NCBI GenBank assembly: GCA_963677485.1
Contig: OY781964.1
Coordinates: 3,520,001-3,584,000 of the forward strand
Reading direction: 5' to 3'
DNA from: Armatimonadota bacterium
GTDB taxonomy: Bacteria > Armatimonadota > HRBIN16
Length of the DNA: 64,000 nt
Shown: positions 27,794 through 37,154 of the stretch, in pieces
Numbering within the stretch: the first letter of the stretch is position 1
Layout of the letters: every line of letters starts with the position of its first letter
Program-made: the position numbers and the translations under genes
Notes under the pieces: model-generated
Told to the model about the DNA's origin: nothing
Database searches by the model: none
The model's input: only the letters and a program-made list of their open reading frames with translations

Positions 27794-28087
27794 TTATCCT
27801 TCTATCGGATGCATCTGGGCTGCCTGCAGTTTACACTCGCTGATGACATCAGCAGGGATCATTCTATAAGCGAACCATATGGTACTTGGCACTATGAGTA
27901 GGTCATCTAGGTAGCCCAAAACCGGGATAAAATCCGGAATGATATCTATGGGCGAGGCTGCATAGGCCAGCGCTGCTAGAAGCATAATTCGGGAGAGCCA
28001 AGGAGTGCGTGGATGTGAAGCAACTAGCTTCACCACGGTCAGTTGTTGTTTGATATTCTGTAGTTTTTGCTTGATTTTAGGGTTCAT
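27794..28087 (-). CDS. YkvA/DUF1232 family membrane protein
   Basis: YAASPIDIIPDFIPVLGYLDD; start moved to ATG 28087. Confidence 0.88.
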   Translation of the reverse strand: MNPKIKQKLQNIKQQLTVVKLVASHPRTPWLSRIMLLAALAYAASPIDIIPDFIPVLGYLDDLLIVPSTIWFAYRMIPADVISECKLQAAQMHPIEG

Positions 28088-28097
28088 ATGAGGTGAT

Positions 28098-28123
28098 GAA
28101 GTGGGGGCTGATGCCCCCACTTC
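28098..28123. promoter_or_regulatory. Hairpin downstream of dnaN, related to 60555-60583
   Basis: GAAGTGGGGGC-TGAT-GCCCCCACTTC. Confidence 0.45.
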
Positions 28124-28138
28124 GCTTCAGTTCAATGC

Positions 28139-29260
28139 TCAACCTGACGCCATGGGCATCATCACGCATAGGAACGCATCATCATCGACTGGTCTGACGA
28201 TGAACGGCCGTAGTGGCTCTGTCAGCTCGATCTGAACACCATCCGAATCCAGCACGTTCAGTAAGTCCACCAGATATCGGCCGTTGCAGATCAAAGTGAT
28301 GTCATCGCCTTCGCGTACCATGTCCACTTCATCATGAGCGCGACCTGACATCGGGCTTTGGGCCTCCAGCATCAGATACTCGCCGCTGGTGCTCAGGGTG
28401 ACTCGGTTCATGTCATCGCGCGAGACGATGTTCACACGTTTGCACTTGCTGAGCAGCGACGCCGTCTCCATGGTCAGCTTGCGTGTGCAGTTGGCCGGGA
28501 TGATGCGCTGATAGCTGGGGAACTGCCCTTCGATCAGCCGGGCCGTCATCAGCACCTGACGTGGGCTGTCGGCCAGACGGAAACATATGTGTGTGTTGCT
28601 GAGGGTGATCGAGACATCACCGTCATAGTCGTTGATGATCCGCAGCAGTTCATTCAAAGCTCTGGCGGGTACGACAGCTGATACGATGTCGTCCAGAGCA
28701 TTGGTGCCTATGATGGCAGAACGAACCGCCATACGGTGCGTATCGGTGCCAACAAGACGAAAAGTCACGCCATCATACTCCAGCAGCTCCCCCGCCAAAA
28801 TCGGGCGAGTGTCGTCGCTGGCTACGGCGAAGCTGGTCTGCTTGATCATCTCTTTCAGAGTGCCAGCCGGCACACTAATCGCTACCCCTTCAGTGGGTGC
28901 AATCAATGGGGTGTACTCTTCAGGGTCACGGCCCAGAAGTTTGTATTCGGAGCGTTCGGCGGTGAGGCGGGTGCTAAATGAAAGATCGCTCTCTAAAGTA
29001 ATGGTACCGTCCGGCCATGTGTTCAACACTTCATTGGCGGTTTTAGAGGGGATAGTGATCTGACCCTCTTGATCCACCGTGCATGGAACCAGGCACTCGA
29101 TGCTCATTTCAAGGTCTGTGGCTGATAAATAGATGCCATCTTGTCGCGTCGAAATGAGTATGTTCTGTAGAATTGCCATAGAGCTGCGCTGACTCACTGC
29201 GTGAGACACCGTGCTAACGCCTTCTTGCAGGTCTTTCCGGATAGCGGAAACTTTCATCAT
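28139..29260 (-). CDS. dnaN: DNA polymerase III beta sliding clamp
   Basis: ATDLE, DDTRPILAG, GTDTHRM, LIEGQFPSY, C-terminal VMMPM; 373 aa. Confidence 0.93.
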   Translation of the reverse strand: MMKVSAIRKDLQEGVSTVSHAVSQRSSMAILQNILISTRQDGIYLSATDLEMSIECLVPCTVDQEGQITIPSKTANEVLNTWPDGTITLESDLSFSTRLTAERSEYKLLGRDPEEYTPLIAPTEGVAISVPAGTLKEMIKQTSFAVASDDTRPILAGELLEYDGVTFRLVGTDTHRMAVRSAIIGTNALDDIVSAVVPARALNELLRIINDYDGDVSITLSNTHICFRLADSPRQVLMTARLIEGQFPSYQRIIPANCTRKLTMETASLLSKCKRVNIVSRDDMNRVTLSTSGEYLMLEAQSPMSGRAHDEVDMVREGDDITLICNGRYLVDLLNVLDSDGVQIELTEPLRPFIVRPVDDDAFLCVMMPMASG

Positions 29261-29340
29261 CGCCTCCGTAGGGTATATGTGAAATTTGTTATATTCATAT
29301 TGATTTTACGTGATATTTCCGATAGTCACAAGCAGGGCTG

Positions 29341-30270
29341 CTATCTGTGACTTTTCAGTTTGTTCAACATCTCGTCGATGATGAGCTTCAGCGATTCGAG
29401 GGTGTCGATTGTTTCAACCCTGGTCTGCTCGTTCATCTCCATGCCTTCCACGTTCGCTACCAGCATGATGGCATCTCTGACGAGTTCATCTGCGGAGCGG
29501 GGTGCTGTCATGGCTCCCATGGGCACAGCGGGCGGCTGTGTTGGCTGTGCATTGCTGGCATACCCATCAACAGGGGGCAGCTCGGGGTTGATCCACTCGG
29601 CCCAGTCGATTTTTGGCGACCTTAACAGGTCACTGGCGTGCTCAGGGTTGTCCTTCATCGCCTTCACAAGCTTGGCGGTGTCGTCGGTATTCAGCTTCTC
29701 AGCCTTAATCTTTTCTACAACCTGGGTCTGCAGCTCCGGCTCATCATTCAGCTGGGTAAGGTATCGCGCATGTTTCGGGGTGATGGCTCCATCGCTAGGG
29801 CGATTGGGGCGGCTCTCCACCTCGTTGGCGATATCCTCCGGCAGATTGAGCAGCTCTAGCGTGTAGCTCAGCATCCGTTCGGAAATCCCCAGCCGACTAG
29901 CCAGCTCTTTGTTGGTCAGTGCCAGCAGCTCCTTGGCCTTTGTCAGCGCTTTCGCCTTGTCAAACGGCTGCAAGTCTTCACGCTGCATGTTCTCAATCAA
30001 CTGGTCGGTGACAATCTCATCGGAGGCCACATCGCGCACGATGCAGGGCAGCTCATACATCCCTGCTAATTGTGCGGCGCGCCAGCGTCGTTCGCCAACC
30101 ACCACCTGGTACATATTGACATTGTGTAGAGGACGTACAAGAAGCGGCTGCAGCAATCCATGTTGTTTGATGCTGTCCGCAAGGCCTTGAAGTGCCTCTT
30201 GATCCATGCTCTTTCGGGGCTGCTCGACGTCTTCCACAATGAGCTGCACCGGTATGAACTGGATTTCCAT
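29341..30270 (-). CDS. ParB/Spo0J family protein
   Basis: QPRK, SIKQHGLLQPLLVR, GERRWRAA, IENMQREDL, HTH. Confidence 0.88.
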   Translation of the reverse strand: MEIQFIPVQLIVEDVEQPRKSMDQEALQGLADSIKQHGLLQPLLVRPLHNVNMYQVVVGERRWRAAQLAGMYELPCIVRDVASDEIVTDQLIENMQREDLQPFDKAKALTKAKELLALTNKELASRLGISERMLSYTLELLNLPEDIANEVESRPNRPSDGAITPKHARYLTQLNDEPELQTQVVEKIKAEKLNTDDTAKLVKAMKDNPEHASDLLRSPKIDWAEWINPELPPVDGYASNAQPTQPPAVPMGAMTAPRSADELVRDAIMLVANVEGMEMNEQTRVETIDTLESLKLIIDEMLNKLKSHR

Positions 30271-30394
30271 TGGCGAATCCCTCCGAAACTGGTAATGTAA
30301 TTCATGATAGAGTGACGAATGAAGCCACTACTCTAGTAGTCTACACCAACAGGGCTGTGTGATGATGGTTCTGTATGGTATTTAAGGATATAAA

Positions 30395-33121
30395 ATGGTC
30401 AACGGACAGCTACCACTATTGTTACTGGTCGATGGGTACAGTTTGCTTTTCAGAGCATTCTTTGCCTCTCGATATCTTAGCACGTCGCAGGGGGTTCCTA
30501 CCAATGCGGTGTATGGGTTTGCGAACATGCTCATCGGACTGTTGGGCCGTTACCATCCTGAGTCTGCGATCGTAGCGTTTGATTTGCCCGAACCGACATT
30601 TAGGCATATCGAGTACCCAGCGTATAAGGCTCACCGGCCACCCACACCTGAAGAGTTTGTGACACAGATTCCTTACGTCAAGCGTCTGGTGGAGGGGCTG
30701 GGGTTTGGGCAATCTGTGAAGCCTGGGTTCGAAGCCGATGACATCATAGGAACCTACTGCCGTATCGCGGTTGAGCAGGGCTATCGCGTGGTGGTGCTGA
30801 CGGGTGATGGCGACAGCTTCCAACTGGTGAACGACAACGTGAGTATCGTGATGCCCCAGAAGGGGTTTCAAGAAACGACCGTATATGATGCCGCCCAGGT
30901 GATGGAAAAGACGGGTGTGTGGCCGCACCAGATACCAGACCTGAAGGCAATGAAAGGGGATAGCAGCGATAACATCCCTGGGGTGCCCGGAATTGGTGAC
31001 AAGACGGCGGCAGGTCTGCTGGCCAAATGGCCCACGCTGGAGGATATCTACCTGCATGTTGATGAGGTCAAACCGGAGCGGATCAAGAATCTACTTATAG
31101 AACATCGCGAACAGGCGGAACTGAGCAAACGGCTGGCCACCATCATCTGTGATGTGGATGTGGATCCTGTCTTACCAGCCAGGCTAATAAGTCCAGAGGC
31201 TGGCACCCAGCTCGTTGGTTTGATGAATGAGCTGGAGTTCCGCTCAATGGCCCGGAAAGTGGATGCGTTGATCAACGCCCCCTCCTCGCAGTCAGCCTCC
31301 GCAAAACCACTGCCGGAATCGGCACCTAATCCGAGTGTGGCTCTACCTCAGGAGCCGCCTGCTTTGCCAACAGTGATCACCTCGATGACCACAGCAACAC
31401 ATCGTGTGGAGACTACCGCTCAGTTCAACGCGCTGATGAAGCAGCTAGATGATGCAGCAGTGGTGGGTTGTACCATACGCTGGCAGAATACCTCAATACT
31501 TGACATCCACCCAGAGTGGCTGGCGGTGAGTTTGAAACCTGGTGAGGCCTGGCTGCTTTCGTTAAGCGAAGGGGGAGGGCTGTTCGCAGAGCCCTCGCCG
31601 TTTATGCCCATCATGAATAAGCTGGCGAAGACCGCCCGTGTTTGTATCAGCAACAGTAAAAATCTGGCAGCATATCTGCTTCGCGAAAAGATGCCAGTGC
31701 CTCCGCTTTTTGATCCGCTGCTGGCCAACTATGTGCTTGACAGCTCCCGTGGCGGCAACACCATCCAGCAAATCTCGGAAAACTGGCTCTACCAAGAGCT
31801 GCCCACGACTGCGGACCCTATAAACCTTGGGGCGGAAGCTGATGCCACGATGAGGTTGATGCCGCTGCTGCTGGACAGCTTGACGCAGCAGAAAGTGATC
31901 AATGTCTATGAGGATATCGACCTACCGCTAGTGCCTATATTGGCTGAGATGGAGTTGAACGGCATCGCTGCAGACCGCGACTACCTCTTTAAGCTTTCTG
32001 ATGAGTTTCAGCTACAGATCACTAAATGTGAGAAAGGCATCTTTGCCGAGGCTGGCCAAGAGTTTAATGTGGCATCGCCGAAGCAGTTGGGACAGATTCT
32101 ATTTGAGAAGATGGAGCTGCCTAGCGGTCGGAAGACCGCCAAAGGCGCATGGTCTACCGATTCCGATGTGCTGGAGGCTTTGGCGGAGAAGCATCCCATC
32201 GCTCGGTTGCTGACAGAATACCGCGAGATCAGCAAGTTGCGCAGTACCTACGCAGACTCGCTGCCGCGGTTGCTGCATCCGTCGGACGGGCGGATTCATA
32301 GCAAGTTCAACCAAATGGTGACGGCCACTGGTCGACTGAGCAGCAGTGACCCCAACCTGCAGAATATCCCTGTGCGCAGTGAAATGGGTATGAAGATCAG
32401 ACAAGGCTTTGTCGCGAAACCCGGATATCAGCTCATCTCTGCAGACTATTCGCAGATTGAGCTGCGTCTGCTGGCCCATGTTTGTGAAGAGCCCCGCTTG
32501 ATCGAAGCTTTCGAAACCGGGCAGGATGTTCATACAGCGACGGCCTCGATCCTGTTTGATGTACCGGTCTCGGAGGTTACGGGGGCTCAACGCCGGAGGG
32601 CGAAGACAGTGAACTTCGGGGTGCTTTACGGGCAGAGCGATTTCGGGCTTAGCAACGCCTTGGGTGTTTCTCGTACAGAAGCTAAGACGTTTATCACCGA
32701 CTATTTTGCGCGTTTACCGATGGTAAAGACATACATAGAACAGACGGTGGCTTTCGCGCGTCAAAATGGATATGTGCAGACGATATTTGGCCGAAAACGG
32801 ATGATGCCGGATGTGAGGCACAGTAACCATAATGTGCGAACAGCAGCGGAAAGAGCTGCTGTGAACAGCCCATTGCAGGGAGCCGCCGCCGACTTGATCA
32901 AGCTGGCGATGATCAAACTCAATCCTGAACTGGCAGGCAATGGGTATAAACTATGTTTGCAGGTACACGACGACTTGATGCTGGAAGTTCCTTCCAGCAA
33001 AATTCACGATGCGGCTGCGCTCTTACGCGAAGCGATGACTCAAGTGACTAAACTGCGGGTTCCGCTTGAGGTTGATGTGAAGGCTGGCAGCAACTGGGCA
33101 GAGATGGAACGATGCCCTTAG
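30395..33121 (+). CDS. polA: DNA polymerase I
   Basis: 5'-3' exonuclease (VDG, EADD, GDSSDNIPGV); motifs DYSQIELR, KTVNFGVLYG, VHDD. Confidence 0.97.
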   Translation: MVNGQLPLLLLVDGYSLLFRAFFASRYLSTSQGVPTNAVYGFANMLIGLLGRYHPESAIVAFDLPEPTFRHIEYPAYKAHRPPTPEEFVTQIPYVKRLVEGLGFGQSVKPGFEADDIIGTYCRIAVEQGYRVVVLTGDGDSFQLVNDNVSIVMPQKGFQETTVYDAAQVMEKTGVWPHQIPDLKAMKGDSSDNIPGVPGIGDKTAAGLLAKWPTLEDIYLHVDEVKPERIKNLLIEHREQAELSKRLATIICDVDVDPVLPARLISPEAGTQLVGLMNELEFRSMARKVDALINAPSSQSASAKPLPESAPNPSVALPQEPPALPTVITSMTTATHRVETTAQFNALMKQLDDAAVVGCTIRWQNTSILDIHPEWLAVSLKPGEAWLLSLSEGGGLFAEPSPFMPIMNKLAKTARVCISNSKNLAAYLLREKMPVPPLFDPLLANYVLDSSRGGNTIQQISENWLYQELPTTADPINLGAEADATMRLMPLLLDSLTQQKVINVYEDIDLPLVPILAEMELNGIAADRDYLFKLSDEFQLQITKCEKGIFAEAGQEFNVASPKQLGQILFEKMELPSGRKTAKGAWSTDSDVLEALAEKHPIARLLTEYREISKLRSTYADSLPRLLHPSDGRIHSKFNQMVTATGRLSSSDPNLQNIPVRSEMGMKIRQGFVAKPGYQLISADYSQIELRLLAHVCEEPRLIEAFETGQDVHTATASILFDVPVSEVTGAQRRRAKTVNFGVLYGQSDFGLSNALGVSRTEAKTFITDYFARLPMVKTYIEQTVAFARQNGYVQTIFGRKRMMPDVRHSNHNVRTAAERAAVNSPLQGAAADLIKLAMIKLNPELAGNGYKLCLQVHDDLMLEVPSSKIHDAAALLREAMTQVTKLRVPLEVDVKAGSNWAEMERCP

Positions 33122-33317
33122 AAAGCCGATCAGGTGGCCATTTCAGAAATTGTTACGCATTTGCAATGAAAATTTGATAATATGAGGCAGGAATGCGTCT
33201 TATCCCTGCATAATATAATAAGAGGCGTACAATATATGTCGGACGCCCAATCAACTTGGCTAGTTGGGCGTTATAACCAAATGATAGCCATGTCAACCTA
33301 GGAGAGTTCATACGACC

Positions 33318-34673
33318 ATGTTGGACGACAACAACGTTCAGTCTACTCACAGCGACAGTATGTCGCAGATGAGTGACGCCGACCTTTTTGCTCAAGCGAT
33401 GGAGCAACCCGCTGATGGGCTGAGCCGCAGCGTGCGCCCAGGCCAGATCGTTCGCGGTACCGTAGTTAAGGTAGACCGTGAAGGAGTATTGGTGGACATC
33501 GGGTATAAATCCGAAGGCTTCATTAGACCTGACGAGCTAAGCCTGACTAACGAAAATCCCGAAGACGTCGTTAAAGAGGGTCAAGAAATTGACTGCTGCG
33601 TGCTTCGAATGCACGGCGACGAGGGACAGATTCTGCTGTCTAAGCGAAAAGCAGATTTCGATGTAGCCTGGAAGCGGCTTGATGAGCTTCAGCAGGCCAA
33701 CGCCACTATTGAAGGCGAAGTCAAGCAACACGTTAAGGGCGGATTGATCGTTGACGTAGAGGGTGTTCGCGGTTTCGTTCCTGCTTCACAAGTGGGAACT
33801 GCTCGCGGACGCGTGTCCGACTCCGCTCTCGACAGTATGGTTGGCAAGACCGTACCACTAAAAGTGCTTGAGATTGACCGCATGAAGCGGAAAGCGGTCT
33901 TCAGTAACCGCCAGGCAGAGGAAGAGCAGCGCGAAGCTCGCCGTAAAGAGGTGATGACCAACATCGCCGAAGGCGTTGAGCTTGATGGTGTGGTACGCCG
34001 CATCGTCGAATTCGGTGCTTTCATCGACCTGGGTGGTGTGGACGGCCTTCTGCACAAAAGTGAAATCAGTTGGAAGCGAGTGAACCATCCCAGCGAAGTG
34101 TTGAAAGAGGGCGATACCGTGCGCGTGGTTATCCTGCGCATGAACTCCGATTCTAATCGCATCTCACTGGGTATGAAGCAGCTGATGAGTGATCCATGGA
34201 AAGACGCCGAGCACGCTTACTACGTGGGGCAGAAGATTCATGGTCACGTCGTCCGCTTTGCACCGTTCGGAGTGATTGTGGAGCTTGAGGGCGATATCGA
34301 AGCCACCATCCACACCTCTGAACTCGCTGACAAAAAAGTGAAGCATCCCAGCGAAGTCGTAAATATCGGCGACGATATTGAAGCGATCGTGACGAATGTC
34401 AACGCCAATGACCGCCGCATGAACCTCAGTCTGCGCCAACTCAAGAAGCAGATTGAAGAGAAGCAGGAGCATGAGGTCGTTGCCACCTACGCCGCGAAAG
34501 TGGGCGAAGCGGGAGCATCAACCATAGGTGAGCGCATGGCTCAACTCCGAATCGACGCAGCAGCGGCTGAAGCCGAAGCTGAAGCAGAGGAGGCCGTTGA
34601 AGCGGCTGAGCCTGTTGAGGCCGTTGAGGCTGTCGAAACCGTTGAGGCCCCTGAAGAGCCGAAAGAGGCCTAG
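33318..34673 (+). CDS. rpsA: 30S ribosomal protein S1 (four S1 domains, acidic tail)
   Basis: VDIGYKSEG, RGFVPASQ, FGAFIDLGGVDGLLH, RMNLSLR. Confidence 0.92.
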   Translation: MLDDNNVQSTHSDSMSQMSDADLFAQAMEQPADGLSRSVRPGQIVRGTVVKVDREGVLVDIGYKSEGFIRPDELSLTNENPEDVVKEGQEIDCCVLRMHGDEGQILLSKRKADFDVAWKRLDELQQANATIEGEVKQHVKGGLIVDVEGVRGFVPASQVGTARGRVSDSALDSMVGKTVPLKVLEIDRMKRKAVFSNRQAEEEQREARRKEVMTNIAEGVELDGVVRRIVEFGAFIDLGGVDGLLHKSEISWKRVNHPSEVLKEGDTVRVVILRMNSDSNRISLGMKQLMSDPWKDAEHAYYVGQKIHGHVVRFAPFGVIVELEGDIEATIHTSELADKKVKHPSEVVNIGDDIEAIVTNVNANDRRMNLSLRQLKKQIEEKQEHEVVATYAAKVGEAGASTIGERMAQLRIDAAAAEAEAEAEEAVEAAEPVEAVEAVETVEAPEEPKEA

Positions 34674-34678
34674 CCTCT

Positions 34679-35305
34679 GTGAGTGAGCACCCCGGTGTAT
34701 CATCGCGAGTTCTTGCGGTGACTGGCAGTATCGCCAGCGGGAAAAGCAGGGTAACCAGCTTTTTAAGCGACCTGGGTGCGCACTCAATCAGTTTAGATGA
34801 TATATCTCGCGATCTGAGTGAACCGGGCGGCCTGATAGAAAAGGCCGTCGCAGATCACATGGGCCGCGAGTTCCTGAATCCGCGGGGAGGGCTAAACAGG
34901 GTGCGTTTAGCCGAGTTTGTATTTAGCAGCACCCGAAACCGGAAACGGCTGAACAGCATTACGCATCCGTTGATAATGGCAGAGTGTCACCGCCAATTGG
35001 AGACAACTGGCGCTGAGAGTGGAAAACCACTGGTAGTTGAAGTACCATTACTTTTTGAATGTGGTTTGCATTACCAGTTTGGTGGCAGTTTGCTTGTGTG
35101 TTGCAGTCAGGAAGTGCAGTTACAAAGACTGACACAACGAGGACTCAACCTTCGCGATGCGCAATTAAGAATAGACAGCCAGTTATCAGCACGTGTGAAA
35201 AGATACCTTGCGGATTTCGTAATAGAAAATAGTGCCGATTGGACCCTCACCGAACATCAGATTCGATCAGTATGGGAACCGTGGATCACAACACAGCATT
35301 ACTAA
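34679..35305 (+). CDS. coaE: Dephospho-CoA kinase
   Basis: TGSIASGKS, LNSITHP, EVPLLFE, ADFVIEN. Confidence 0.93.
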   Translation: MSEHPGVSSRVLAVTGSIASGKSRVTSFLSDLGAHSISLDDISRDLSEPGGLIEKAVADHMGREFLNPRGGLNRVRLAEFVFSSTRNRKRLNSITHPLIMAECHRQLETTGAESGKPLVVEVPLLFECGLHYQFGGSLLVCCSQEVQLQRLTQRGLNLRDAQLRIDSQLSARVKRYLADFVIENSADWTLTEHQIRSVWEPWITTQHY

Positions 35306-35351
35306 AGCTGAGTCCGGTGAAAACAAGTGACACTAGCTACCGGTCTAACAG

Positions 35352-37037
35352 ATGACATCTAAGTGGAGGAACCGTCTTTTGAAACGCAATCGGGAAACCA
35401 ACTCAAGCCGGGTTAAAGGCTGGTTGGCAGCACTGTGCGGCCTGGTGGTCGGAATGGTTGCTGTGTCTGCTCAGGCTCAGACCGAGCAGACCCAAGTGGC
35501 TGTAACCGAATTCACCGCCCGCACCAGCTCCCAACAGACCCTACTCGCCAGAGCTGCTACAGATGCAGTGGCCTTGGAACTCTCTCGAAACGGGTTCGTG
35601 GTGATGTCCCGCAGCCAAGTTCAGGCTGCGATCAGTGACCTGAGCCTTGACACTCCTTTAGATAAGGTGGGCGTCTCTCAACTAGGCCAGAAGCTGGGCG
35701 CCACGTCCATCGTGCAAGGCACCGTGATGAACCTTCGGCTGGAAGGCGAGCCACGGCGCGCCAGTGTCAACATCATTGTTCGCATGACCGACCCGCTTTC
35801 GGGCGAAGATGTGAATGGTGCCGTTGTCAGCGGACGAAGCAATCAGCGCGTAGGCTTTAACGGCGATGACCAGCAAATAATCCGTGAAGCTGTTAGCAAC
35901 GCTGCTTATGAAGCTGCCAAAACCATGGCATCATACAACATTCCTACAGCCACCGTGTTGAACACGATTGGTGGGGACGAAATACTTTTAAATGGTGGTG
36001 CCCGTGGTGGTATCGCTACTGGTATGGAGATGCTTGTTCAAAACCACGGACAGAACATCGGCCGTGTGCGCGTCATCCGCGTAAGCGACACCGATGCAGT
36101 GGCTAGAGTCATCACTTCAACCCGTGGGATTAAACCTGAAGATCGTGTCCGTGCGATTTTTGCGATTCCTGAAATTACCACTGTGAAGGGCAACACCGTT
36201 CTTAAGCCAGCTAAAGTAGCCAAACCAAGTGTTTGGAGCAGCATGGGCAAGATCCTGTTGATTGGCGCAGTGATATATGGTGTGTCTATGATCGGTGGGG
36301 GCGGTAATAACGGCGTTGATAATGTAACCGCTGTTGCCACATTAGGCCCAGCTGGTCTCCCTGCCATCGTGGTTAACTGGGAGCCAAGCAAGTTTGCTCA
36401 GGGTAATGCAGACCGTCTACAGTTCTACATCATCCGTGATGACGTGCTGTATGAAGGAAACACAACTGACAAAACCGGCTGGATCGCCACTGGTGATCCG
36501 AATGCGAAGAACTACATCGACACAACCGTTGTTGCCGGTGCAGCTCACAGTTACCGAGTTGTTCTAGAATACAACTATGTGAACCCCTCAAGTGCAGAAG
36601 TGACAGTGAAGCTGAGTGACCCTGTGTGGACCAACCGCGTGACTACTGTTGGTGCACCTAGCTGTCTATCGCCGTTCACTGGATCTGATACCGAAGACCT
36701 GACCAAGATGAAGTTCATCATCAACACCTCGTTAGGTGCTGACCAGTACCAGGTTCAAGTATCAACAGACCCAATGTTCCCAGCATCTGGCAGTTACAGC
36801 GTGATCATGCCTGCAGGCAAGACCACCACGGATGAGATCAATCTGATCTCCAGTGGCGTGGTAGGCAGCACGATGGCCGCCAGGTTCTTAGCTGCACAAA
36901 CTCAGCGCTTGCCGATCTATTGGCGAGTAGGGGCCAGACACCTTGGTGATCCAGAGCCATCTCCGAATGGTTGGATTTACGGCGAAAGGTTCCTGTTTGT
37001 ATCATCGGATACACCACCTCCGCCCCCCTCGAACTAA
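35352..37037 (+). CDS. Exported protein: CsgG/TolB_N-like domain + FlgT_C-like domain + hydrophobic/Gly-rich segment + beta-rich C-terminus
   Basis: Signal peptide (AQA-Q); VAVTEF..LGQKLGATSIVQGTV..VRMTD; ILLNGGARGGIATG..GRVRV; Pro-rich end. True start may be TTG 35379. Confidence 0.6.
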   Translation: MTSKWRNRLLKRNRETNSSRVKGWLAALCGLVVGMVAVSAQAQTEQTQVAVTEFTARTSSQQTLLARAATDAVALELSRNGFVVMSRSQVQAAISDLSLDTPLDKVGVSQLGQKLGATSIVQGTVMNLRLEGEPRRASVNIIVRMTDPLSGEDVNGAVVSGRSNQRVGFNGDDQQIIREAVSNAAYEAAKTMASYNIPTATVLNTIGGDEILLNGGARGGIATGMEMLVQNHGQNIGRVRVIRVSDTDAVARVITSTRGIKPEDRVRAIFAIPEITTVKGNTVLKPAKVAKPSVWSSMGKILLIGAVIYGVSMIGGGGNNGVDNVTAVATLGPAGLPAIVVNWEPSKFAQGNADRLQFYIIRDDVLYEGNTTDKTGWIATGDPNAKNYIDTTVVAGAAHSYRVVLEYNYVNPSSAEVTVKLSDPVWTNRVTTVGAPSCLSPFTGSDTEDLTKMKFIINTSLGADQYQVQVSTDPMFPASGSYSVIMPAGKTTTDEINLISSGVVGSTMAARFLAAQTQRLPIYWRVGARHLGDPEPSPNGWIYGERFLFVSSDTPPPPPSN

Positions 37038-37154
37038 TAGAGGGTTAGGAGACCCGAATAGAGTAATATGGCCTGTCCGACAAGATTTACAGGACAGGCC
37101 GGCTCCTTGTGACGAAGCCGGATTTCGTAGGTTAGATTACGCGGGAGGATACCT

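Noticed and set aside
29261-30394. oriC or parS near dnaN/ParB
   Set aside because: No TTATCCACA cluster or TGTTTCACGTGAAACA-like palindrome seen
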